A stretch of DNA of 64,000 bases from Azolla caroliniana (lineage: Eukaryota > Plantae > Polypodiophyta): NCBI GenBank assembly GCA_043228905.1, contig JBHGNT010000020.1, positions 15,190,001 through 15,254,000 on the forward strand. Reading direction: 5' to 3'. Shown here piece by piece: positions 1 through 10,900 of this stretch; within the stretch, counting starts at the first letter, position 1, and every line of letters begins with the position of its first letter. Below the pieces are notes generated by a model. It was given only the letters and a program-made list of their open reading frames with translations. It was not told the origin of the DNA and made no database searches. A program made the position numbers and the translations under genes.

Positions 1-659
1 AGTACATGCAAAAACATAAGTTAGGTGGTCACGTAGATTAAGATTGTATATTAAAATATAAATAAGTAAATGAAGAACGGTTCTCACTAGCAGGCGATTA
101 GTGGTGAAGTATAAATATCAATCATGCATTCAGAGTACATGGTAGTCCTATATTCAAAAATCTATTCTAGGTAGGGCTATTCAAACTAGAAAATATATAT
201 CGTAATAAGTATACAGGGTTATATATTCTCTTAAAGAGGAGGTATGACTTATATTGATTCCATAACTATATTGAGGAGAATTTGCTATCATAAAGGTAAT
301 TTGTGGGTTATTTTCTACTATTATAGTAGGTCATAAAACACCTATAATTAGGGCATGTTTTTTATAAAAAGTAAGGCAAGTCAACATAAAAAAGACTGAT
401 TTATATTATACTTGATTTAACTTCATATAGACGTAGTTTAAATAATTATTGATATTTAAAATACAATTACTATATTAAAAATTAAATTTTTATGTATTGT
501 ATTAATATAATATTAAATAATATAGACATTCTATTGATTTGGCTTTTGTTTAGAGAGAAGTATTTGTTTAGAGAGGAGTATATGTTTAGAGAGGAGCTTA
601 TTAGTTTTTTGCCTTACCCTAAGCACATAACTTACAGAGCCCTATCTAGACCTTAAGCC

Positions 660-3433
660 ATGAGTGAAGATTCACCGTTCTCAATTGAAGAATATTGTTT
701 GTCAACAAACTCATCGTTTTCTACTGAAGAGTATTGTTTATTGACAGACTCACCATATTCTATTGAAGAATATTCTCTGTCGACAGACTCACCATATTCT
801 ATCGAAGAATATTGTCTCAGCTCATCTTCACCTACAGGGAATGTAAATAATGACACATGTGAAGAGTTCTCTATTGAAGAATACGATATTAATAAAGATA
901 CGGAGAATGAATGTAGTGCCAAGGAAACATTGAATAACATTGGTGATGGTCATAACAAAGAATTAGTTACACCAACCTCTATGCAGGAAGAGAAATCTGG
1001 GAGCCCTATGCATATTTAGAAGAATCCCACGAAGAATTCATCTGGCTAGATTTAGCTTGGTGACATCAAATAAACAGATTGGATTTGATGTCAAAAAAAT
1101 ATGTTGTGCTCGTGGTTGTATGTCTATGATTGGAAAATCAAAGTTGCGAGAATTAAGGCGATACTATTTTTCAATGACTGGTGATGAGCAAGACACTTAC
1201 CTCGGGTCACATATGCAACTAGTATCTAACAATTGTATGGGGATCAAAGTATCATTCGAGTATTATATCTTCCATGCGCAACAAATATGTAGAGTTGCAT
1301 TCAAAATTGCGTTGTGTTAGTAACATGCGGCTACATAGAGTACAACAACGTCTACTTAGCAGGGATCAGATGCTCAATTGTAAAGAGGTTCCAAGTATGA
1401 AAGGTGCAATTGGAAGACATCCTATTGGTTGGATGAAAACTTACTTTTAGTTAAATTGTGAAGTAATGCCCACTACAGGTAGGATGCACTTTTCTGATAA
1501 TTATACACGTCGGGAAGTTTATGATGTCTATCGATCTGATATACTGGGCTCACATAATAAGTCTATCACCTATAGCCAATTCACAAGATTATGGAGAGCT
1601 CGGTTTTCAAACGTTATCATTCCTCGTAAAGTACGTATGGGGTATTGCTCCATTTGTGCAAATCTTAAAAGTTTGGCTAAAGGTGTAAAGACATCAATGG
1701 AAAAGGATATAAGTAAGAAGTTACTACAAGAGCATCGTGAGGCACAATCGTTAGAACGAAAGAAGGCGATGCATCATAGAGAGAAGTGTTTGAAGAGGCC
1801 CGAACAATACATGTGCTTAATGATAGAGGGCATGGACCAGAAGAAGACGTGCTTGCCGCATATGCGGAGGCTCCTCAAAGATGTCAATGATGAGTGCCTT
1901 GTTCAAATGCACTTGGTGGGATGCTTGGCTTATAATAGGTCTATTGGACCTCACGTCTTCATTACATACCCCAATGTTCACAATGACCCTAACCTAACAA
2001 TTACAGTCATTCACCGAGTTTTGATGTCTTGGGGCCAACCTTTCCCCCCTGTTCTATACATTCAATTGGACAATACTGCTAGAGAGAACAAAAATTCAAC
2101 TGTGTTTGGCTATCTAAGTATGTTGGTCAACCAAGAATTGTTTAGGAAAGTGAAAGTCAATTTTCTTTTGGTTGGCCACACACATGACCATATAGATCAG
2201 ATGTTTAGCACATTCTCCAGACAGTTGTCTTGGCATGATGCTTTCACTTTACCTAAACTATTTGATGTCATTTGTGATGCATATACACCACGCCCAAAAG
2301 TGTTACACTTGAAGGAGGTATATGACTTTAAGAGATATATATCAGATGGTAGTGGTGGGAATGTTAAAGTGCTTGCTCAGTTAAACAATATAAGTTTCAA
2401 TCACATTTTTATGATAAAGAAAAATGGAATAAGTGGTTCTACACTTTTGTATGCTAAACAATATTCATCTTCTACAACATGGGAACCTGAAGGTGGTTGC
2501 CAGTTATTACTTTGTATGCCGAGTACAATTGTCCATGGAGCTAAGCAAATGCCAATTGAGAAGAAAGGACAGTTGTAGAGCGACTTGGTATCAGAACAAA
2601 AACGATCATGGCTCCAAGCCTTAGAAGAGAAAAGAAAGCATATTGAGGCCGCCAAGAAATATGCCGCACAACAAGACACATCATGGTGGGATGTATTTTA
2701 TAGTGATCAGAAAGGAATTATAGACAATTGTGTATCTGGTGATAATTGGAATTTGGAAACGCCATTCACATGGTCGCTGCAACATGATCGCGTAAATAGA
2801 ACTCCGGAGCAACTAGCAAATGTGATTAATGACAGCTTGGTCCATCCACAACAAAGAGATATTTATGTGGGACCAAGGATGACCAAAGCAGCCGAACCTA
2901 GATGGCAAGGCAATTTGCAAGAGCTCACCACGAGGATGTTGATTGCAACTCCGGCTGATGAGAACTCACATGGCCACCAATTTTGGGTTGGTAAAATTCT
3001 AGAAGTGCTAATGCATGAAATAGAAAACACGATCAAGTCTATAAATGTTCATTGGTACAACACTAGAAGTGCAAATGCTTTTACAAGTAAGTATACATTG
3101 GAGATGATTGAATGCCCAACAAGAAGGGGAGGTAGGAAGAGGAAACGAAACATTCGTAACACCTCGACTCTTGATATCTCTTATGTGGATATCATCGTGT
3201 ACGACTTCACACTTACAAAAGCCGAACGATTAAGGAAGTCAACAATAGATATAATAAAAGAAAAATTACCAGGTCTACAAGGTGGCTCGAGTCAAAGGCA
3301 AACGAGATCTCCTACATATAATCTAGAGTCAAACCATTTGGTTTATGACAAAGATAATGCACTGATTGGTACATCCGAGGATGACGAGGAGGAATCGTCA
3401 TTGTATATTAGTTATAGTAGTGATTCTCCGTAA
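660..3433 (+). mobile_element. Disrupted DNA-transposon transposase, probably Sola1-like (DDD type); left end lies outside the window
   Basis: Collinear ORF pieces 660-1019, 1057-1320, 1466-2578 and 2585-3433 are separated by stops and a frameshift. Motifs CxxC (CSIC), IEGMDQKKT, QLDNTARENKN and FLLVGHTHDHIDQMFS match the pattern I recall for Sola1/DUF7869-type transposases. No TIR pair is visible in the window. Confidence 0.65.
669..824 (+). repeat. 39-bp coding tandem repeat x4 (13-aa unit DSPYSIEEYCLST)
   Basis: Four near-identical 13-aa units in ORF 660-1019. Confidence 0.9.
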
Positions 3434-3789
3434 AGGAGTGATCATGAATCTATATTTGGCTATTAAGTGTAACTACATTCCGCTTGTAACAAATCGAGTA
3501 ATATAAAAGCATGTGTTTTGAATTCTTATGATTTCTAAAAAATCGTTTCTTATAAAATAACATTGGTTGTAAAGTTTGTGATATAAATTGAGAATGTAAC
3601 TTTTTGAAATTCGTCTTTTTTTAGTTACTTCTAAATCACGAAAATAGTGGATTTTTAACCTTTTTCATAGTATGTTTGAACATGTATGATACTGGTATCA
3701 ATGTGTTTTGTAAAATCATTGAAAAAGCCCTAAAATCAACCAAAATTTCCCTTATCCTTCCATTTATGCGCGATCCTTCCACTTGTGAA

Positions 3790-4864
3790 CGCGAATGTGA
3801 TCTATCTCATTATCACAATCAAATTATATTAAGTCTATCCTCCAAAGATTTGATATGCTCCATAGTAAGCCTATTAGTACTCCTCTTACCTCTCCATGTA
3901 AACTTTCAAATGATGATGAAATTTCCGAAATGAAGGATGTACCCTATAAACAAATCCAAGTTGGATGTATAAGATATCTAGTCAGTTGCAAACGTCCCGA
4001 TATTTGCTTTGTTGCCGGTTTTCTTTCTCGTTTAATGGCTAATCCAGGACCAAAGCATTGGATCGCGCTCAAAAGATTTCTACCCTACTTGAAGCATACT
4101 CAACATTATGCGTTGACTTACTCCACCACACAATCTGAGTCAACCACACTTGTGCAAGGATGGACAAATCCCTCTAGCCAACTAATTGGTTGGTCACACT
4201 CAGATTGGGGGGGAGATGTGGACGATCGCAAGTCAACCGGTGGATATGTTTACATACTAGCTGGCGCTGCAATTTCGTGGAAGTCCAAGAAACAAACTAC
4301 CATAGTATTATCATCCATCGAAGCTAAATATGTTGTCGCGGATTTAGCAACTAAAGAAGGCATATGGATTAAAGCTATGCTCGAAGAATTTAAACTATTT
4401 ACTATTCCAACAGTGACTTTGTTTTGCGATAATCAATTTTGCATCAAGTTAGCCAACAATCCGAATATACGTCATGTGGACTTAAAACATCATTTTCTTC
4501 GCGATCTCATTGAAACAAAGAAGATAGACTTAAAGTTTGCTCCCACTCATCAAATCTGGGCTGATTTTCTAACGAAACCTCTTCAACATTCTAAGCACAT
4601 TATTTGTGGCAAGCAAGTTGGATTAATTGATGTAATCGAAGATAAAGATGAAAACCTACACTTCTAGAAATTTTCGCTTAGGGGGGAGAGTGGAAAATAT
4701 TAAGCAAAAATTAATATATTAGTATATATTAATAGTTACTACTTCTTATGAATACGGTTTCCTTCATGAGAAGGAAACCATAAGTGTATTGGGGGTGGTC
4801 TATATAAAGCCACCACCAACATTGTAACTATTCATGGCATTTTTCTATAATAAAACATTTATGT

Positions 4865-4918
<54 letters not shown>

Positions 4919-4959
4919 TTCTATCTCTCTTTTTTCTCTCTTTCTCTTCTTTCCCAATA
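3790..4959 (+). mobile_element. 3' part of a Ty1/copia element (RT end, RNase H, PPT, 3' LTR)
   Basis: ORF 3855-4667 carries RPDICF, SDWGGD..DRKSTGGY, ISWKSKKQ and ADFLTKPL. PPT GGGGGGAGAG at 4681-4690. LTR 4691-4959 (TGG...CCCAATA) contains a TATA box and (CT)n at about 4867-4914. Confidence 0.85.
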
Positions 4960-5206
4960 GGGATGACCCACAGTCTATGCTGAGGAACCCTACATAAAAA
5001 TAGAACATCATAACAATGAGGTACAGAAATGTATGAAATAATTAATGAGTTAACTCTAGATTCTGGTACTGATGATGTTTGGAAGTGGCAGATACCAGCG
5101 GGCGATTGGGCGGCGCAAAGATGAATGCCAAGGAGAGTGAGACAAGTAAGAGAAGAATGGGGAAGACGATGGATGGACTATAACTAGAGGTACTGTAGAA
5201 TGCCAT
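4960..5206 (-). pseudogene. 5' fragment (exon 1, intron 1, start of exon 2) of a malectin-LRR RLK paralogue, cut by the copia LTR
   Basis: Minus-strand ATG at 5206. Exon 1 (5206-5096) aligns with exon 1 of the gene at 27923 but has a 4-nt frameshift. GT..AG intron, then exon 2 start GFLSIDCGSS (4989-4960), nearly identical to 28153 onward. Confidence 0.85.
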
Positions 5207-5550
5207 AGGCTGAAATAATTTTGAGGTTCATACGCAGATGTGATGAATGTAATTTAGCGTTATAACTTAAGAGGTCCATACGCAGCAAAGGGAAGGGGAG
5301 CTCCGACAGACAGTTGTCCCGTTGACTTTTGTGAGGAATGGTCCTTTTGATGTGATGGCTCATGGTCAAACATGTGACGACCAGACCTTCCAAAGTCGTC
5401 CCCGCGACTTTTGAGGGTTTTACTAGTCCACCAATAGTTTCAAGAAACTAGCTCCAAAGTTTTGTGGATTCCAAAGTGACCAACCATTGGGTTGTCATGA
5501 CAATATTGCATTACTTGGAGTTGAGATGAACCATTGGGGACATACAAAAG

Positions 5551-6168
5551 TGTCAGGAATCAACCTCACGATTAACCTTCTTCCCTCGGTCACAACTCAC
5601 CGAGTAAGCGCGAATCGATGCAGCAGAAAATAGGAACCACAAAGAGAAACAAAACGCGATGACACAGGGATTAACGTGGAAAACCCTAGACGGGAAAAAC
5701 CACGGGAGTGCAAGACTCCAACTATCACTATACGCTGGGAAATATACAATGGCGAGCTGCAAGGCAACGACCTTGAGCTCGCTATCCTCACCACAGGCGG
5801 CGGTATTACACAGAGGCGTCGACCTCTTCCTCTCTCACGCTCTATCTCTCTCACGGCTGCTCTCTCTTCACTCCTCTTGAGTGGAAAAACAGAAAAATAA
5901 GTAGCAACTTAGAAACTGTTTGCCCTAAGTCATATTTATACATATATGACTTTGGGGCTATTTACAACTATAGCCTCAGGGGGCCCTTAGCAAACATATT
6001 CACGGATATGTTCCTGCATCCGGATCTCTCTCCGGGTACATTCGTCATCCGGCTCCGAAACCGGGGTCTTCGTCATCCGGCTCCGTAACCGGGATCTTCG
6101 TCATCCGGCTCCGTAACCGGGGTCTTCATCATCCGGACATCCCATCCGGAGGGACCGAAATCCCAACA
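5551..6168 (-). repeat. 3' LTR of the intact copia, with 28-bp tandem repeats at about 6041-6138
   Basis: Direct repeat of 10283-10900 (offset 4732). Unit TTCGTCATCCGGCTCCGTAACCGGGGTC, about 3.5 copies. Confidence 0.97.
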
Positions 6169-6178
6169 AACTCCCCCT

Positions 6179-9100
6179 TCACTTCGGCATGGGATGTCTC
6201 TCCAGTCCGATCCTCTTCCGGCATGCTTCCAGCTTGTCGGGTGTGAGCACCTTGGTCAGCATATCCGACCCGTTCTCGTCCGTGTGGACCTTCGTCAGCA
6301 CGAACTCCTGGTCTTCTATCCTTTCCCGGATCCAGTGATATCTTCGCTGGATGTGCTTCGTCCGGGAATGGTAGGCCGCGTTCTTTGCAAGGTGGATGGC
6401 GCTCTGACTATCGCAGTAGAGTCGATACTCCTCCTGCCGGATCCCGAGCTCTCTAATGAAGTCCTTCATCCATATTATTTCCTTGCCGGCTTCAACAGCT
6501 GCCATGTACTCCGCCTCCGTGGTTGACAACGCAACCGTCTTTTGCAGCCTCGACTGCCATGAAACAGCTCCCCCTGCATACGTCATCACATACCCTGATG
6601 TGGACCGGCTGGTATCTGCATCAGCCGACATATCCGAATCGGTGAAGCCGTCGAGTTCGGGCTTACCGGAGCCGAATCGGAGGCGCACGTTTGCCGTGCC
6701 CTTCAGGTATCGGAGTATCCACTTGGCCGCATTCCAATGCTCTTTGCCGGGATTGCTCATGTACCGGCTCACCACTCCGACTGCATATCCGATGTCCGGT
6801 CTCGTACACACCATGGCGTACATCAAGCTTCCGACGGCTGAGGCATACGGTACTTTCATCATATCCTCCTTTTCAGCCTTTGTCTTGGGACTTTGCTTGC
6901 TGGACAGCTTGCAGTTTGCCGGGAGGGTCGATCCGACCGGTCTTGCTTCCGACATGTTGAACCGGTGAAGCACCTTCGTCACGTACTTCTCCTGTGACAG
7001 CCACAACTGCTTCTTGCTCCGGTCCCGGATGATGTGCATCCCTAGTATTTGCCTCGCCGGACCCAAGTCCTTCATTGAGAAGGTTCGGTGAAGAGCCTTC
7101 TTCAGCATCCGTATCTTGACCTGGTCCCGTCTGACGATCAACATGTCGTCCACGTAAAGGAGGAGTATTAGAGAGTCTCCTCCTTCGAACTTCTTCACAA
7201 ACACGCAGTGGTCGGACTGCGTTTTGAGGTACCGTTCGTCGGTCATGAAGGAGTCGAACTTCCGGTACCATTGCCGGGGAGCCTGCTTCAGTCCGTAAAG
7301 GCTCTTCTTCAACCGGCATACCAGGTGCTCCTTCCCTTTCTTCTCGAATCCTTCCGGTTGCTGCATGTAGATCTCTTCTTCGAGGTCACCGTGAAGGAAA
7401 GCCGTCTTCACGTCCATCTGTTCTACCTCGAGGTCCATGCTTGCCGCTATGCTCAGCACCGTCCGGATGGAGGTCATCTTCACTACCGGGGCAAATATCT
7501 CGTCGAAGTCCACACCCTTCTTCTGCTGGAACCCCTTCACCACGATCCTGGCTTTGTATCTCGGGGGGTTTCCGGCATCTCCCGGTTTCAGCTTGAACAC
7601 CCACTTGTTTCGAAGTGCCCGCTTTCCTTTCGGCAACTCCACAAGTTCATATGTGTGGTTCTCATGCAGGGAATCCATCTCGTCCTGCATGGCACTCAAC
7701 CACCTGCGGCTCTGGGTGTCATGCTTTGCTTCTTCAAAGCTCTCCGGCTCCCCCTCGTCGGTTAGCAACACGTGCTCTGGTTCCGGGAATCTCCGGGGGG
7801 CCCTTCTCTCTCTTAGAGGGTATCTCCGTTCCGGAGCTTCGGTAACCGGTTCTTCCGATTCTTCTTCATCCGAATCCATTTCGGGATCGGGGCCGGTTCC
7901 GGTATCATTTTCATCTTCTTCGGCCGGTTCTGTTTCTTCACCGTCTTCGGCCGGATCCTCGAGTGCTAACCGGTCTCTTGCCGGTCGGGACTGCTCCTTG
8001 TAGAGTTGATCCTCACCGGTCGACTTGGAGCTCTTCATCTTCTTCTCCGACTCCCAGTCGGCGAGTGTCTTGTCCTCCATGAAGATGATATCTCGACTCC
8101 TGAATATCTTCTTGTCGACCGGGTCCCATACTCGGTAGCCGAACTCATCGTCGCCGTAACCGAGGAATATGCATGGCCGGGTCTTTGGATCTAGCTTTCC
8201 TCTCCGGTCCTTTGCCACATGCACGTATGCGAGACACCCGAACACCTTCAGGTGCCGGTAGGACACTTCCTTACCGGTCCACACTTTCTGCGGCGTGTCT
8301 CCGTCCAAAGGTACTGAGGGTGATCTATTTATCACATATGTCGCCGTCGACATTGCCTCAGCCCAAAACCCCTTGGGTAATTTCGCATGCGCCAGCATAC
8401 TCCGGACCCTCTCCATTATGGTCCGGTTCATCCTCTCGGCCAGCCCGTTCAGTTCCGGCGTCTTCGGCACAGTAAACTCGAGCCGGATTCCCTTCGAGCG
8501 ACAGTACTCCTGGAACTGCCCCCGGTATTCCCCTCCGTTATCCGCTCGTATCGCTTTCAGCTTCTTGCCGGATTCCCTTTCCACTCTCGCGTGGAGTTCT
8601 TTGAAGACGCACAACACTTGGTCCTTTGTCTTCAACGGTGCCGTCCACAGCTTCCGACTGTGATCATCAACGAATGTTACGAAGTACTGGGCTCCGCCAT
8701 GTGACTTCGTTTCTACCTGACACACATCAGTGTGCACCAACTCCAATGGTGCGCTACGTCTCGTCGGTGGCCTTGAGTGGAAGGAGGTTCGGTTCTGTTT
8801 ACCAGCCAGGCAATCGGTGCACTTCTCCAGGTGCACTTGCTTCACTGGAATAAGGTTGCCTTCTGCAAGCCTCTTCATCCCCTTCTCACTCATGTGGCAC
8901 AGTCTTTTGTGCCACAGCTCACCGGCAGTGTCGGCTGCCACATTCAGCTCTTCCGGACATAACCGGGCATTCATCAGGTACAGTGTGTTGTCTTTCCGGG
9001 CCCGAGCCACTATCAGGCTCCCCTTGCTGAACTTCATTACGCCGTTCCGGATGCTACCTGTGTAGCCTTCATCGTCTAGCCTCCCGGCCGAAATCAGGTT

Positions 9101-10252
9101 CAATCGAACCTCCGGAACGTGTCGGACATCCTTCAGCAGCATTTTGCATCCGGTCGGGGTTGTCAACCACACGTCTCCTATGCCGGCAATCCGGCATGTA
9201 CCTTCATTCCCCATCCGAACACAGCCATGCTCACCGGCTGTGTAGGATGAGAAGTATCTTCTCTCCGGGGTCAGGTGGAACGATGCTCCGGAATCGACCA
9301 CCCAGGTCGTCTCATCGCCGGCAATGTTTAGTTCACCTTCTTCGGTGATGAGCATGATTTCTTCCTCACTTGCCGCGAGTGCCGTTGTTCCTTTCCGGTC
9401 CTGCCCTCGCCGATCCGAACCTCTCCGGTCCGTGGCTCCCCGGTATGCACCGTTTCTCTCCGGTGACTTCTTCGAATCGGTGTCGTCGGCTCCGTTGTCT
9501 TTTCGGTAATGCCGACAATTCTTTCGGAAGTGCCCCGGCTTCCCACAGTGGAAGCATGTGGGCCTTCCTCTTGACTGCGACCGGGTCCCCGACTTCTCCC
9601 GTCTTTGCGGACTCCGGTTCCATTGTCTTCCCCGATCCGATTCGGTAAGCAGCGCCTTTGAGTCGGAGGCCGGTTCTTTGTCTCTCCGACGCGCTTCTTC
9701 GTTCAAAATACTTGTCTTTACCGTTTGTAAGGACAAGTTATCTTCGGTGCAGGAGGTGCTGAGAGTCACCACCAAGTTCTCCCAGCTTTCCGGCAATGTA
9801 CACATCAGGATGATGGCTTGCATTGCATCCTCCAACGGGAACTTGATCGCCGCAAGCTGATTCACGAATCCCATGAACGTGCTTACGTGTTCCACCATAC
9901 TCTCGCCGTCCCGGTACTTGAGATTCACTATCTTCCTCATCAGGGAAGTCCGGTTCAATGCATTCTTCCTCTCGTAGAGGCCCGACAACTTCTTCCACAT
10001 CTCATATGCGTTGGTGTCGTTCGCCACATGTTGTAGGACGCTTACATCGACATATTGTCGGATCGTCGCTACGGCTTTCCGGTTCAGGAGCTTCCACTCC
10101 GACTCAAGTACCCCCTTCGGTATTTCCGACCTGTCAATCGGTTCATACAGGTCCCGAACAATCAGAAGATCCTCCATCTTGATCTTCCAGTCGGCGTAAT
10201 TCTGCGCATTCAGCACCATCATCCCCGGCTGCCCGCTGCCGCCGCCTTCCAT
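6179..10252 (-). CDS. Gag-Pol polyprotein, 1357 aa (Gag, zinc knuckle, protease, integrase, RT, RNase H)
   Basis: CFHCGKPGHFRKNC; WVVDSGAS; LWHKRLCH..CTDC; VHTD/ADNGGEY/NGLAERMNRT; QMDVKTAFLHG, LYVDDM; TDSD..STTEAEY..SDMLTK. Confidence 0.98.
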   Translation of the reverse strand: MEGGGSGQPGMMVLNAQNYADWKIKMEDLLIVRDLYEPIDRSEIPKGVLESEWKLLNRKAVATIRQYVDVSVLQHVANDTNAYEMWKKLSGLYERKNALNRTSLMRKIVNLKYRDGESMVEHVSTFMGFVNQLAAIKFPLEDAMQAIILMCTLPESWENLVVTLSTSCTEDNLSLQTVKTSILNEEARRRDKEPASDSKALLTESDRGRQWNRSPQRREKSGTRSQSRGRPTCFHCGKPGHFRKNCRHYRKDNGADDTDSKKSPERNGAYRGATDRRGSDRRGQDRKGTTALAASEEEIMLITEEGELNIAGDETTWVVDSGASFHLTPERRYFSSYTAGEHGCVRMGNEGTCRIAGIGDVWLTTPTGCKMLLKDVRHVPEVRLNLISAGRLDDEGYTGSIRNGVMKFSKGSLIVARARKDNTLYLMNARLCPEELNVAADTAGELWHKRLCHMSEKGMKRLAEGNLIPVKQVHLEKCTDCLAGKQNRTSFHSRPPTRRSAPLELVHTDVCQVETKSHGGAQYFVTFVDDHSRKLWTAPLKTKDQVLCVFKELHARVERESGKKLKAIRADNGGEYRGQFQEYCRSKGIRLEFTVPKTPELNGLAERMNRTIMERVRSMLAHAKLPKGFWAEAMSTATYVINRSPSVPLDGDTPQKVWTGKEVSYRHLKVFGCLAYVHVAKDRRGKLDPKTRPCIFLGYGDDEFGYRVWDPVDKKIFRSRDIIFMEDKTLADWESEKKMKSSKSTGEDQLYKEQSRPARDRLALEDPAEDGEETEPAEEDENDTGTGPDPEMDSDEEESEEPVTEAPERRYPLRERRAPRRFPEPEHVLLTDEGEPESFEEAKHDTQSRRWLSAMQDEMDSLHENHTYELVELPKGKRALRNKWVFKLKPGDAGNPPRYKARIVVKGFQQKKGVDFDEIFAPVVKMTSIRTVLSIAASMDLEVEQMDVKTAFLHGDLEEEIYMQQPEGFEKKGKEHLVCRLKKSLYGLKQAPRQWYRKFDSFMTDERYLKTQSDHCVFVKKFEGGDSLILLLYVDDMLIVRRDQVKIRMLKKALHRTFSMKDLGPARQILGMHIIRDRSKKQLWLSQEKYVTKVLHRFNMSEARPVGSTLPANCKLSSKQSPKTKAEKEDMMKVPYASAVGSLMYAMVCTRPDIGYAVGVVSRYMSNPGKEHWNAAKWILRYLKGTANVRLRFGSGKPELDGFTDSDMSADADTSRSTSGYVMTYAGGAVSWQSRLQKTVALSTTEAEYMAAVEAGKEIIWMKDFIRELGIRQEEYRLYCDSQSAIHLAKNAAYHSRTKHIQRRYHWIRERIEDQEFVLTKVHTDENGSDMLTKVLTPDKLEACRKRIGLERHPMPK

Positions 10253-10267
10253 TTTCTGCAGCAGTTC

Positions 10268-10279
10268 GCTCTGATACCA
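10268..10279 (-). promoter_or_regulatory. Primer binding site, tRNA-iMet
   Basis: TGGTATCAGAGC on the minus strand, 3 nt from the 5' LTR. Confidence 0.95.
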
Positions 10280-10282
10280 GTT

Positions 10283-10900
10283 TGTCAGGAATCAACCTCA
10301 CGATTAACCTTCTTCCCTCGGTCACAACTCACCGAGTAAGCGCGAATCGATGCAGCAGAAAATAGGAACCACAAAGAGAAACAAAACGCGATGACACAGG
10401 GATTAACGTGGAAAACCCTAGACGGGAAAAACCACGGGAGTGCAAGACTCCAACTATCACTATACGCTGGGAAATATACAATGGCGAGCTGCAAGGCAAC
10501 GACCTTGAGCTCGCTATCCTCACCACAGGCGGCGGTATTACACAGAGGCGTCGACCTCTTCCTCTCTCACGCTCTATCTCTCTCACGGCTGCTCTCTCTT
10601 CACTCCTCTTGAGTGGAAAAACAGAAAAATAAGTAGCAACTTAGAAACTGTTTGCCCTAAGTCATATTTATACATATATGACTTTGGGGCTATTTACAAC
10701 TATAGCCTCAGGGGGCCCTTAGCAAACATATTCACGGATATGTTCCTGCATCCGGATCTCTCTCCGGGTACATTCGTCATCCGGCTCCGAAACCGGGGTC
10801 TTCGTCATCCGGCTCCGTAACCGGGATCTTCGTCATCCGGCTCCGTAACCGGGGTCTTCATCATCCGGACATCCCATCCGGAGGGACCGAAATCCCAACA
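10283..10900 (-). repeat. 5' LTR of the intact copia
   Basis: Direct repeat of 5551-6168, followed on the minus strand by the PBS. Confidence 0.97.

Larger units (their letters stand above)
5551..10900 (-). mobile_element. Intact, very recent Ty1/copia LTR retrotransposon (Tnt1/Tork-like)
   Basis: 618-bp LTRs at 5551-6168 and 10283-10900 (TG..CA) with no differences seen. 5-bp TSD AAAAG (5546-5550, 10901-10905). PBS for tRNA-iMet, PPT GAAGGGGGAG next to the 3' LTR, and a single uninterrupted ORF. Confidence 0.98.

Noticed and set aside
1466-2578. GHTH read as an HUH endonuclease motif (Replitron/Helitron)
   Set aside because: The context (DN..ENKN, GHTH..ID) fits a DDD transposase, and I see no HUH-type catalytic Tyr motif or helicase.
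6041-6138. 28-bp repeats (also 46293-46430 and 62701-62965) as CRISPR-like arrays
   Set aside because: The units are contiguous or degenerate without unique spacers, lie inside LTR elements in eukaryotic DNA, and have no cas genes nearby.
6194-10339. Many overlapping plus-strand ORFs opposite gag-pol (also in 42489-45683 and 57477-62061)
   Set aside because: Shadow ORFs expected in GC-rich, stop-poor coding DNA; no recognisable domains.
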